Below are positions 37,656-50,553 of a stretch of DNA of 64,000 bases, in pieces (position 1 is the stretch's first letter; every line of letters begins with the position of its first letter). The stretch covers positions 69,502,001 to 69,566,000 of the forward strand of contig CM060731.1 in assembly GCA_030704615.1 (NCBI GenBank). The letters are read 5' to 3'. Source of the stretch: Takakia lepidozioides (Eukaryota > Plantae > Bryophyta). A model generated the notes under the pieces. The model had not been told where the DNA came from and ran no database searches. It was given only the letters and a program-made list of their open reading frames with translations. The translations under genes were made by a program, and so were the position numbers.

Positions 37656-40600
37656 TCAGAGAGAAGACAGGTTCTCCTGTGAGACAAAGGCAACAGGCAG
37701 CCAGATCTCCACGTGGGTTCCACCAGCACCAGGTGGTGCATTCAGTAGGTGGGGTGACTGCACACGCAGTACACCACCCAGCTGTAGCTCCACAATTTCA
37801 CGAACAAATGCCATTCCATTACTGCCTAGCCCATGCTTCTCGTCGCTCCCCAAGTCTGTGCCCCTCCATTTTGGCGCAAGGCCACGCGCTTGCATCTGCA
37901 AAACCAACATCGGTATGTTCTGCAGTGTTCTTCTTGAATTTGAAACAGCTTTCAGGCTCCAGACAATACGCATGTGTGGCTAGCACTCACTTTGGCCATC
38001 TGTCAAGACTGAAACAAGAGAGCGAGCTTGCAAGTGGAAGCTAACAAGAACTGTGCTACGTACCGCAAGGTCTGGTCCATTGTCTTCAAAAACAACAAGA
38101 ACCCCACCTCCTGGGGCCTGCATAGCATCTGTCCTGACCCATCCACCAGTTGGGGTGTGTTGCAAGGCTCTGTCCAGCAGGTGGCTGCAAGCTCGACGGA
38201 GACTGACAGTATCAACTGCAGCCCACAATGGTGAACTTGAAGTAATCTGCAATGTCTGATGCCTTTGATTGGCTAGCCCATTTGCAGCTCTACCCAGCTG
38301 CCTCAGTATCTCAGCCACATCACATGGTCTGCATGAGAAAGGCAAGAGCCACAGGCAACAGTGGTAAGTTTGCTGCCTGCCTGATGCTTTAAGACTGAGT
38401 GTGGGGAAGGCAAATGGTCTGATTTGCGAACATCTAATGCATATTGAACAGCTTGCCAATCAATGGTGACACCTAGTAGAATAGCTTCTCCAGAGTAGCA
38501 CGATGCTATGATAAAGAGCTGTCTGAAGGAAATCTGCACGGAATCTGGAAAGTCACAGTAAGGTCAGTCGCTGAACTGGACCACACCTTCAGCCATGGTA
38601 AAGGGCCCCATCATGCTATTGTTCATGGCCAGAAGGGCCACCAAGGTCTGTCAACAGTTACCTCACCCAGCTGCTGCACAAAGGACGGAAATGTAACAAA
38701 GTATAGGGTGATCTGTAGGGGTATGGCTCCACCTGCTAATATCATGGCTGGGAAGAGGGGCAAGCGCAAGTGGAGGCATAGGGGCCTCGACATCTTTCCC
38801 TTTCATGTAAGCTGATGGGAGCAACCCTTGCTGCCTTCGGCCAGTATCTGCACTTTCTCCCACACTGTGAGGCCACATATGCAAGGATTCTGGTGGCTCC
38901 TGCAGATCTCCACTGTAATGCACGAGATTTTGCCCATCCTGCAGAAGTACAGACAGTTGAAATGTCATCAGGAGTTTAGATTGATCCATGACCAACGGCA
39001 AGACAGAACCGTCCTCATTGTGGATAACATTGGGGATACCGCCTACACTGCCAGGGATGAGGGATGCAACCACATGTATCACACACCTGTTAAGGTGGAG
39101 GACTAGAATAAAAATGCTAACCAGGGTGATGCTGCTTTCTACTTGATATAAATCTCATGTAAACCAACTGATGTGAAGCTGAGCCAGATCATCACATGTT
39201 CTGGACGACTTTCATACCCCGGTGTGTTAAAACCCACTGCCGGCCTCTGGCAACATGCTTGCTGGAGCTCGAAATAGGCATAAAACTATAGCGTCAAGGA
39301 CAAGAGTAGTGCTTTATGGCCTCACCTGAGACACGTTATGAAGCTGTTGGAGCACATCTTTCATTCGGGTCCCTTGCACCAACATATCTTCCACAACATC
39401 ACGAGAGATCTGCAGAGGCCCATACTCACTTTCAACATGTATGATTATCACATCGTCCTCAACTCTCTTACCAAATTATAACTGAACGAAGAACATTCCA
39501 AATCCTACAGATGACATCAACTCTGAGGGGCAAAGGAAAGGTACAGGTTAAAACCTCGCCTCTCTTTAGCTGAGGTAGTAGCAGCTGGCCCAGTGTCCTC
39601 ATAGCCTGGAGAGGTCCTTGTGCCTACCCACACCCCACACGTCCACTGCTGTCACACTATGACAAGAAGGTGTATTAGATAGCAGTACTAGTTTGCCAAT
39701 ATGTAGACATCTTACCTTTGTTGCTGCAGTGCATCATGCCTTAGTTGATAATCTCACTTGGATGGTTCGATGGCTCACATATAGCTTAAAGTCATTGAGG
39801 TAGTCACATCCAAGAGGGAGATGTGCGCATCACTGCAGATGCGACTATGCCTCCGCTTCAGGCCATACTCCCTGCAGGATACTCATTGACCTTGCAACGG
39901 ATGTATCACATGACAGTCTTGGCTGTAATGCCAATCATTGAAGGCTGAAACGAAAACCCCTAAATCACTCATCCGCCTTCACATTGAGCATAACCACTGA
40001 CGTCAGTCAAAACTAAGGGATATCTATCTGGTGCAAAATTGCTCACTTGTTCCAGAAGGCTGTCAATTTGAGCTCCCTTCTGCCATATAGATTTTTGAAG
40101 CAGCAATGCCCTCTGTGACAGACAATACCATAGCAAACTAAGTTAACATTCATGTGCCATAATGGCTGACAATTACAGAAACTTTTGACAGATGCATACA
40201 AGTAAAACCAACTATTTCCTTGGGTGAATATCCTCAGGGCTTTAAGAGTATATGCACAGCTGCTCTCTTTGCATGGCAATAGACTCTCTTCTTCCAAAAA
40301 CCATCAGCCTTCCAAACACAATGTCCGATGGTTGAAAGTGGATCTAACCCAAGACCTCCTTCAATGTGAGTATTGTGTCTGGAGATTATGTAGGTGGCAC
40401 TCCCAGCTGAGCTGTGGCATTGCCTTACCAAAGTGGATACAGAAACGCTCTAGTGGAAATCTGATTTCCACTAGAGCACTTCTGTATGCAATTTGGTAAG
40501 GCAAAGTGCCCACCCAACAGGAGGCCGTGTCCCGAAACAACAAAGCACTATAAGTTATACTGCTATAGCCCGCGTCATCCTTGTTCATATATGATGGTAT

Positions 40601-42547
40601 TGAAAGATTTCTACTGGAAAGCATCCAAAAAAGTACCTGATCCAAGACACAAGCCAAAGCCAAAGAGCGTGCGATCTTAACAATTTCTGTCAACTGATTT
40701 CTGCTCAAGGTGCTTGCTGTTGTAGAGGAGCCCAAAGCATGGGAAGACGTTGCCAGCACATCTGCTTGCTTGGTGCTGACCTTCTTTGGTGGCCACATAG
40801 GACGCACTGGTTTTAACTTCCCAGATTTTACCCCCCGAGCTTCTACGACCAACAGCCCTATTAAGAACAAGTCCTTAACCATCGGTAGCACCACTGCTCC
40901 TGTGCCACTTGCCACCTCCACTGCCTGCAATTCACTCTAGGCACTTAAACATTTTTGTAGAGTACATACACACATGCACCAACATCAAGGCTGGCAACTT
41001 GGAAGATCACAGCTCCAGACTTGCCACTCTCAGATTGAATCCGAGACGAAAACAAACAGTTAACCTTTTTGTGCTAGTAAATATGGCACTTGGCCACATC
41101 ACGCATCAGATTGGGTCAAGATTCTCCACAATATACAAGCGACCAGTGTCAGAGTGATTATTGGCTTGCAGCCTTAGCTAGGCCTTATGCTAAAATGGTC
41201 CATCTTGCCATTGGAAGCAGCAGTGTCTTACCAAAGAGCATAGCAACTCTCTATGCACAATAGGTAAATAATGTCCAATCCTGAATGAAAGCATTACACC
41301 TTAAATGGCCAATCTGACATAGTTGGTATTTTTCTTCTTCTACCAAAGCGTCTCTTTGCAATCCATCACCTTCTTCTGTCACACCAAGGCCGACTGACTT
41401 CAACCATGATGAATGATGGTTTACCTCTTGTGTGATGAGTGCAGTCTCTGCCAACGCAATGGAGGCATCAGCATCTGACTGCTTCAGCACTGGCAACTCC
41501 TCCTGCTGGCTAGGATACACAGCGATGCAATGGAACTCCAGTTGTCCAGTGCTGTAACATTCTGCAGGCCGAATGTATACCTGCAGGAATTTCGACTAAC
41601 CATTCAGAAAGGTCACAAATTTGCCCCCACCCACACATCTTCTACATGGACTGCTGGGCATCACCTCATTGAGAGAATGTGTGGCAGGTTGGAGCTTCTT
41701 AACCCCTCATTTTGGCGCTCAAGTATGCAGTAGGCCCAAGCTTTTGTTATAACTCTTTCGAACAACTTCTACATGCCTTGATGCTTCGAAGAAAAATAAA
41801 ACAGATCGACGTAACAAATTATCCTGTTTGTAAATTAATTCGGTCTGTGAGCATGAATCTCTCTCTTTTTGCAAGTACGACCCTCCTCTTGTCTGAAATC
41901 AGGTCAAGCTTTGCATATAAGGAGAATGCGGACTTAAATCTGGCAGGTCAAAATTCCTCCACAAACGGAGGTTCCGTCCCAGAGCGAGCCTCCACAATCG
42001 GAGGTGGGCTTTAGTCTCCGGTCCTCACGACCCTCTTCAACTTCCACCTCTCTGCTCTGTCTGACAAAGTAAGACCAAGTAGTATGAGGAAACAAAGTTG
42101 CTTGCTAACCGTCAATTTGGCATTGTGCCCAACAATGTCGTCACAAAGAGTCAATTGTTCGGCGCAGAGGGCCAGAAACTCGGCACTTGGGGCAGAGTGC
42201 GCGTGCTTGGAATCCACTGTTTTCCCGACAACAGTGAAGGAGGTGCCGACTGCCGCGGCAATCGCCATTGCTGAGGATGGAAGCTCCTCATCTTGCACAA
42301 GTTTGTCAGTCGTGCGCACCTCTGTTACAGGTTGAAATGCTCTCACTGTGCTGGCTGCTCGAACGGAAGGGGAGGCCGTCACAGGACATAACGATGCTGA
42401 TGACTGCAAACCCTGGAATTGGGTTCTTGGATTCCAATGGAAGTAGGAGACATGGCACAAGTTGGATGTGTCTTCAGAGCAGTAGTGACCAGCTGAGGAT
42501 ATTTTCACTTGGGGAGGAAACGCAGCAGTGACTGTTGCGGCCGCCAT
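37656..42547 (-). CDS. CSK: Chloroplast sensor kinase (GAF plus modified His-kinase domain), ~9 exons
   Basis: Transit-peptide-like N-terminus, SAEFLALCAEQL, VYIRPAECY, AVVLPMVK..LIGLLVV, LALACVLDQ|RALLLQ, LLEQ|ARGPL (Glu at the H-box His position), RRACSHLLDRALQHTPTGGWV, EDNGPDL, VREIVELQLGGVLRVQSP, GGTHVEIWLP; GT-AG junctions. Confidence 0.9.
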
Positions 42548-44324
42548 AGCCTACTCCTTCATCAACACCCAGTCCTGAAGCTCTCAAATCATGCCGCACT
42601 CAGCATTTCTCCACAACCCAAATGCAATTTATGATCGTACTCGTGGGTCAGAAGCAGCCAATTTCTTATGGACCGCGTCACCGCACACGCCCGCCAAATG
42701 ATTTGCACCAGAAGGCAAGCCTGGTTGAGGTCCTTTACCAGTCAGTTCAAAGCTCATTGTTTGGCCAGCAACAGTTGCTCTTTACAAACTAAAACTTCGA
42801 CCAAGGAAAGATTGGAGCGATAAATAAAGTTTCCCAATGCTCTCCACACACAACGGACACCACATCTTCCACTCCTGAACCTCGTGCTTCAGGACCTGGA
42901 CCCAGGGAGAAATGATTCCAAACCCAAGGAAAAAATGCTTTATTATTTAAAAGATTCTTTCGCCCAGGTTCCGAGAAAGCGACGAAGCGACTCTATCCAC
43001 GGCCAGTCTCGGGACTCGGGAGAGATTAGGTGCGGGGTGAGGTCCAGGAAGCTTGGTTGGAAAGGCCCAATTCGAACCAGCTTCAATCTTCCAACACCTA
43101 CCTAGCCTAACTTAGTTGAATGATCAAACTGCAACTTGAACCTTGAAGCTGGATGAACTGGGCATTGCGGAGCCTGGTGGTGCAACTGTTTATTGCATGT
43201 CCAAGTGCACGAGGTGGGCTGCTACCAAAACATATCTTTTAAGTAGTTCTCTGCCATTCTTTGGTGATGATGGCAGCGTGCTCGGGCGTGGGGCAGATCA
43301 TGCATTTGGACTCACATCATGCAGCAGCAGGGCTGTGGAGCTGAAAGCCGCATATCCCTTTGCAATGCGCCAAGTACTGAGCCCCTTGCAAGTGGTGGCT
43401 TCAGGGACGTAATTTAAGGTATTGACACGAAGAATTTGGATGTTGGTTTGGGGGGGCCGTCGTTGTGTAGGATCTGCGTTTGAATTATTTTTTGACGTAT
43501 CCGGCAGAAACTAATCTAACGCAGTCAAAGAGCACACAGGATGGTCACACGACGGCTAGAAATGACACTTTCCCCTCTTGAATCTTTTGGTGTATCTAGC
43601 ACGTAGGTCAATGCTGGAGTATGGAACGGCTCTGGCAGAAGTTCTTCAAAATATCCTTCACAGTGGTGGGACTACCTAGAATCTCTCTTTCTACTGAAAA
43701 AGCTTCTCTTACTGTCAGTATCATAGGTTGTTCTTGTGAAGCAGAGCATAGCAGTACGACGCCCAAGGTCTTCTCCCTCGAGTTTGCAAGGTACTTGGAG
43801 AGTTGATGGTTTCGGCTTGTTCGTAGCAAGCCGGGGTCAATACTTTGGCTGCTCAGCTGCATTCTGGTGGATTTGACATCCAGTCGAAGTTCATCTGACT
43901 ACAGACAGAAGCAGCACGCACAAGAGGTTGTTTGGACTGAGGGTTGTTGGAATCCTATTTGGGTCAATGAAATGCTCTGCTGCCATGACACCAGGTCCAG
44001 CACAATGTGGTGAGGGCACCTTCTTGTGTTTCTTGATTTGTCCTTATCAGATTCATCCCTACTGTTTCATCATGGGTTTTGTCAGCTAGCTTGTCGGGTG
44101 CATCTCTGGTGGTATGGAGTGTTGTTGACATGTTTCTGCCAATGGGATTGCAGGCAGATATCCAAAAATCAAAAATGTAGGGAAGGAGAAGCTTTGGAAA
44201 GAATATTTTTCAAGCCCCAATCAGTGGTGGGACAGAAAGGTGAATGGCTGTTATGGAATCTAGTGTGTTGTAAGTAGGGTGGAGAGTTGGTTATATTATT
44301 TTTGGGGTTTGTTATTGTCAACAG

Positions 44325-46993
44325 CTAGCAGCAAAAGAGAAGCTGTAAGCAGTATCCTTATTGAGGCAGGGGTGGAGTGTGGTGCAGACCCAACTGATAA
44401 AAAAAGACGGGAATTCGAGCATAATGCTACCAATGACGCACGTTGCATTGATAGCTACAAGAAAGTTGTATGCGTAGATGGACAACTGGAAGCAGCACCA
44501 CCACTGTTCATAGCATCAGGCACCTCCACTACGGCCACTGATTCTGAAAGAGGACCAAGAGAGATCTCCTCTGGCATTTGTGGGCATGTGAGGACACTAT
44601 GTGAGGCAGGACACCTGAAAGAGGCTCTGCAGTATTTGAACCAAGGAGGCATTTTGGCAGATTCCTATACTTATGTCTGTCTCTTGCACAAGTGCACCAA
44701 GATGAAAGACCCAGAAGCGGGAAAGCAGGTGCATACCCACATCATACAAAGTGGATTCAAGCCAAATGTGTTTCTACACAACACCCTTCTCAACATGTAT
44801 GTCAAGTGCAGAAGCATTGTGGATGCATACCAATTGTTTTGCAGAATGCCTGAACGAAATATGTTTTCCTTTACTATAATAATGGCAGGATATACCAAGC
44901 ATGGGTGTGGTAAGAATGTCTTGGAGACCTATGAGCAGATGATACAGGAACAGGTGACGCCTGACCAGGTCACATTCATTTGTGTTCTCAAGGCATGTGC
45001 CAGCCTGGCAGCTCTTGAAAAGGGCAAAGAGGTCCATGCTGATATCATGAAAACAGGAATTGTACCCAATGTCATCCTGTACAATACCCTCATGAACATG
45101 TATGCCAAATGTGGGAGCATTGAGGGTGCAAAGGGAGTGTTTAACACCATGGCTGAACGAAATGCGGTGTCATGGAGTGTGATGATTGCAGGATATGCCC
45201 AGAATGGGTACGCAATAGAGGCTTTGAAGACCTATGAGGAAATGCTGCGGGAAGGGGTGATGCCCAACCAGGTCACGTTTGTTTGCATTTGCAATGTATG
45301 TGCCAGCCTAGTAGCCCTGGAAAAGGGCAAAAAGATCCATGCTGATATCATAAAAGCTGGAATCGTGCCAAATGTCATCTTGGACACTACCCTTGTGGAC
45401 ATGTATGCCAAATGCGGGAGCATTGAAGATGCAAAGTGTGTGTTCGATAATATGGTTGAACGAAATGTGGTGTCATGGAGTGCGATGATTGCAGGGTATG
45501 CCCAGCATGGGTGTGCTATGGAGGCTTTGCAGACCTATGAACAAATGCTGCTGGAAGGGGTGAAGCCTGACCAGGTCACATTCGTTTGTGTTTGCAATGT
45601 GTGTGGCAGCCTAACAGCCCTGGAAAAGGCCAAAGAGGTCCATGCTGCCATTGTGAAAGCTGGAATCATACCAAATATCATTCTGGGCACTGCCCTCGTA
45701 GACATGTATGCCAAATGCAAGAGCATCAACGATGCAAAGAGAGTGTTCAAATATATGGCTGGAGGAGATGTGGTATCATGGAATGTGATGATTGCAGGAT
45801 ATACCCAGCATGGGTGTGGCATGGAAGCTTTGGAGACCTATGAGCAAATGATGCGGGAAGGGCTGAATCCCAACCACGCCACATTTGTTTGCATTTGCAA
45901 TGCATGTGCCAGCCTGGCAGCCCTAGAAAGGGGCAAAGAGGTCCATGCTGACATGATGAAAGCTGGAATTGTACCAGATGTCATTCTGCAGACTGCCCTT
46001 GTGGACATGTATGCCAAATGCGGGAGCATCGAGGATGCAAAGGGAGTGTTTGACAACATGGCTGAACGAGATGTGGTGTCATGGAGTGCGATGATTGCAG
46101 GATATGCCCAGCATGGTTGTCATAGGGAGGCCCTGCAACTATTTGAAGGAATGCAAAAGGAAGGCTTGAAGCCAGACAGTATCACCTTTTTGGGGGTTCT
46201 CTCTGCATGTAGCCATGTTGGTCTAGTGGATGAAGGCAGACACTACTTTGAGTCCCTGAGTCAAGATCATGGCCTCACTCCTACAGTTGAACACTTTGGC
46301 TGCCTGGTAGACCTTCTTGGCCGCATAGGGCGATTGAATGAGGCAGAGGACTTCATAAACAAAATGCCAATCAAACCAGATGCTGTGGTGTGGAAGGCCT
46401 TGCTTGGTGCTTGCAGAATTCATGGAAATGTGGAGGTGGCAGAACGTGCGGCAAAATGTATTCTTAAGGGGGATCGACAGGACATTGCAACTTATGTGTT
46501 GCTCTCGAACATTTATGCAACAGCTGGCCAGTGGAATGATACTGCAAAGGTGAGGAAAATGATGATGGTCAAAGACGTCAGAAAGGAGCCAGGTCGCTGC
46601 TGCATTGAGGTTGGGAACAGGGTTCACACTTTTGGTGTAGATGTCAAATTGCATCCAGAAATGGAGGAAATCAATGCTGAGCTCAGAAGATTGTCTCTGC
46701 AGATGAGGCAGGTAGGGTATGTGCCTGACGTGCCCTTGGTATTGCATGATGTGGAGGAGCGAAAGGAAATTGTCCCTTGCCACCACAGTGAGAAGCTGGC
46801 CATTGCTTTTGGGCTGATCAGCACGGCCCCTGGCACACCTCTCCGTGTTGTCAAGAACCTTCGGGTCTGTGGTGACTGCCACACGGCAAGCAAGTTCATC
46901 TCGAAGATTGTTGGGCGAACAATTGTTGTACGGGATGCCAACCGCTTTCACTGCTTCGAAGATGGAGTTTGTTCTTGTGGGGATTACTGGTGA
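44325..46993 (+). CDS. PLS-class PPR protein with E1/E2/DYW deaminase domain (organellar C-to-U editing factor); N-terminus probably on an unresolved upstream exon
   Basis: 17 PPR motifs in L-S-P triplets ending P2-L2-S2; PG box KEPG; HSEKLA; CGDCH; C-terminal CSCGDYW. The ORF start at 44279 is GTG with no in-frame ATG before the first PPR; a likely acceptor caacAG ends at 44324. Confidence 0.95.
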
Positions 46994-49279
46994 AGCAGTG
47001 TTCCTTGTGGAGTGTACTTCATATGTTGAACTGTGCAGCTGCTTGGTTCATCCACTGTCCCCTGGGAATACAGGCTATTCCACACTGGACAGGCCATTTC
47101 CTCTGGAGCATATCAGTCCTCAAAGAGCTGATTGTGGGTCGTACCCAGGAGGTTACAATCTCAGCCGAAATTCCGATATGCTCCCCCATGACCCACAGCT
47201 GCAGTGATTTTCGCATGTTCTACAACCTGGGAAAGACAGGTATTTGTGGATCATTTGGTACCCCCTGACTTTTCCAATCTTCAACTCTAGCCATAGTCTC
47301 TCCCCATCCAGCTACCATAGACATGTCTACTACTTAGCCTCATTTTAGTCTCTCTTGCTTTTGGTTATATTATGTGCTGCCCACTTGACCCCATATTGCT
47401 GTTGTCTTAAATATTCATCTGTTGACTCTCGATGGCACAAGAAAGAAGGCATATTATAGATGCATGTGCATATTTATGATGTTGACTAGGTTTCATTCAA
47501 GAGCGGGGTTTTATTTTTATGAGGCTTGTTGATATGCTGCAGATGAATCCTGGACAATGGTGGTGGTGTACACTCAGTACTAGGTTGACTATCCTGTGCC
47601 CCACCTGGAAGCTCTGGTAATGTATCTCCTCATACATGCCTTTTTGGTGTGTGACAGTGCAGAGAGGTTGGATTGAACCATGCTTATATTAAATGTTCTA
47701 GCCATTGGTCTCATGCCCTGCTGGGTTGGAGGAGCAGAGGGAGAGAGTGTAAGAAGGTTATGTCTGAAGGGTTCTTGAGTATATTGAGATTATGATTTTG
47801 CAATAATTCTCCTGCAGCTGCCTTTGGTCATAAGATTGCATCAATGTGTGGATTCATTTCTCAATTGGGTTTCTGTTGCAGCAAGCTTCATTCATCTGTG
47901 CAGAGGTCCGTCATCCAATACAGGCAGAAAAAATGGTGAGGCGGGTTGGGGTGGGATGCCTTGCACAGCACAGGTCCCACATTTGTTGTCCCTACACAGT
48001 CTACTCTGGGCTACTAAGGCCTCTGCATCAGTGTTACAGCCTGGAAAGACAGATGTCCTTAGTGCTCACTCTCTGTGACTGTTGGCATGACCTACCCTTC
48101 AGGTAACTGACCCTATCCTTGGCCACCAGTGTATGTCTGTGTCCCATACTTGGCATGCACAGCCAATGGCTATCTGATTACAGGAATTGTTGACTCGAGG
48201 ATATCCTAGAAAGCATTCAAAAGAGAGGGTTGCTATGTTCACAGGCCACCCAAAGAGCCTCTACGAGCTAAAGTAAGTTCCAAGAAAGAAAAGAAGGAAA
48301 CTTCATGGGGCAAAGAAGAAATCAATGGCAGGAGACAAATACGGCCATCGTCATTTCTGGGCATATTGAGTTCATTGGTGAGGGTAATTTCAAATGATTG
48401 AATTGATCCAGGAAACATAGATCTATGGAACACCCTGCAGCCTCATTAGTCTCTTTGAAAGAGAAGTTTGAGTAAGGGATGTTGGAGGCTGAATGCCCAC
48501 CAACATCATCACTATGAACAGCCATACCTGACAAGACACGCTTCTTTTTCTTTGACCTGAACTGGCTCCCCTTCCTGTGACTCTCCTGATGCGAGATGAT
48601 ACAACCAACAAAACCATAGAAAAAATGTATCATGGAACGATGATATCCCTACAACATACAAACTACAAACGAACTAAACAAAAATTGGACACTGCGGCCA
48701 GGACATGGATGCCCATCAGGAGTTTGTTATTCCCCTCATTTCTTAAATACAAAAAATGTAAGTAAATGCACAAACTGCAGACTAAAAACACCCGGGAGCA
48801 ACCACTCACAATTCAGTGAGAGGAGAAAATAACCTTTTTCATAGTAACCTCACCATGAGGTGCCCAGCACACACACAACTATATTCCTCAGCATCTACTA
48901 TGGTTTAAAACAGAAAAGAAATATACTCAAAAGCTTGTGAAACCCATGGCAAGATTAATTTGATTGTAAATTTTCCTCTCATTGTAATTAAGGGGCCGCA
49001 GTGGCCTTCACTATCAACCGGCCAGTGTTTCCATTCTTTCTTTCTTTTGTTTCATTCATTTATTTATGAAAAGGGATACGAGGCCAATATTCAGCCCTCG
49101 GTCCCTCCAGTCACGTAGAATGGAACAAATTTGGATAGCAGTAGCAAAAAGGAGGAAAAAACAAATCGAATGACCAAAAGAATGAAACTACGATAACGTT
49201 ATGCAGTGCAATACACGGCGAACAATGTTCATATGTGGCACCGAAGCTGCCAGTACGCGGTTTGGATGTACGAGCAATT

Positions 49280-49323
49280 ATCCCATATCGATTGCCCGCA
49301 ACTGACTAGACTTTGGGTATATA
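49280..49323 (+). promoter_or_regulatory. Plant snRNA promoter: USE (ATCCCATATCG, 49280-49290) and TATA box (TATATA, 49318-49323)
   Basis: One mismatch to the RTCCCACATCG USE consensus; TATA box ~30 nt upstream of U1 +1. Confidence 0.85.
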
Positions 49324-49347
49324 ATGCAGCTCGCTGCGCAATTACTC

Positions 49348-49507
49348 ATACTTACCTGGGCGGGGTCTATCGGTGATCATCAAGGTCGATGGCCTAGCCG
49401 CGTCTGCCCCATTGCACTTCGGGGTGGGTGAGGCTAGCATCTCCCTACGGGGGGCATGCACGTCGTAATTTGTGGCAGCGGGGGCTCGCGTTCGCGCGGC
49501 CCCCTCC
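49348..49507 (+). ncRNA. U1: U1 spliceosomal snRNA
   Basis: 5' ATACTTACCTGG, loop I GATCA, loop II ATTGCAC, Sm site AATTTGTGG, terminal stem-loop with TTCG tetraloop; ~160 nt. Confidence 0.97.
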
Positions 49508-49956
49508 AATCAACCCTAAACCGGACTTGTACTTAGGGTTTGTGTAGTGGGAATGAATGAAAGGGTTTATCACACCTGTTACACCCCGCTGATAATGCGA
49601 AGGTAAGTCGTGTGGGCAGATCTAGAAGGTTTGAAGCTACTGAACTCACCAAATGATTAATAGAATTGAATTGTTGCTATGGTGGGAACGATTGAGTTGT
49701 TGTGGCTCACCTAGTTACGGCCTCTGGCTGAGATTTCTTTGTGGGTGTCATCTGCATCACATGTGAGCTTCTATGTCTCACATTATCATCTAGCTCTCCA
49801 CCTCTACATGAATTTAAACAGCATTTCATCTGTGTCATACATCTTTTTGTTGTTGGATCTATGGTCATCTCAGACTTTGATTGCACAGTCCACTACAAGA
49901 ATATGCCTTGCTTCTCAAGAGCCTGCGTCTGTTCTGTTCCTTAACCAACAACACAT

Positions 49957-50001
49957 CCACTGTTTTGCAAGGCACCACTGTTTTGCAAGGCACCACAGTT
50001 T
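49957..50001. repeat. 18-bp tandem repeat x2.5
   Basis: ccactgttttgcaaggca is repeated. Confidence 0.85.
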
Positions 50002-50553
50002 TATCCCCCGTTTCCCAGCGAAAGTGAAGGTGACAAGCTTGTGTGAAGTCGAGAAGAAAGGAAATCACACTAGCCCAGAACACCAGGTTGTTCATCAAAC
50101 CCACTGGAATGGCCTACGGGCCAATTGGAGGTATCAAAAGATTTCAAAACAAATTCCCTGGAAAGCTCTGACAGAGAGACTCAGAGAAACAAGGTGAGTG
50201 AAAGAAATCCAAATTTATTCACAGCGACTAGTTAACACGACCAATGTTACAGTGAATTATATACAGAGGACTTTTACATTGACATTAACACTATTGCGAA
50301 GGTAGTCCTTGAAAGGAAAACCTACTGCACAATTTGAAGTGCATCTCTCCCTCTTCAGAAGTTATTGGCAATAGCTTAATGGGTGCCCACCTCTCTCCAC
50401 TATGGATGCCCACAGAAAAAGGAAAAGATCATTGGGTACAGCCATGAAACTCTCAATATTCCTGCTGCAGAAGAGCTAGACCGCAATAAAAAATTTGGAT
50501 CCCACGTTAGTCATAATCAAGGCTTGAACTTGATTCTTGAGTGGGTACAAAGC

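Noticed and set aside
39555-40112. Missing phospho-accepting His in the sensor kinase as a novelty
   Set aside because: Replacement of the H-box His is an established feature of land-plant CSK.
43143-43790. Upstream coding exons for the PPR-DYW gene
   Set aside because: The splice combinations I tried were out of phase or hit a stop; the N-terminus is left unresolved.
46223-46951. 242-aa antisense ORF over the DYW region, and similar antisense ORFs over the copia, MAPK and KH genes
   Set aside because: Shadow ORFs of real coding strands, with no motifs of their own.
23415-46993. Functional cluster of plastid-related genes (oxidoreductase, CSK, PPRs)
   Set aside because: Organelle-targeted genes and PPRs are abundant; no shared pathway or regulatory evidence in the sequence.
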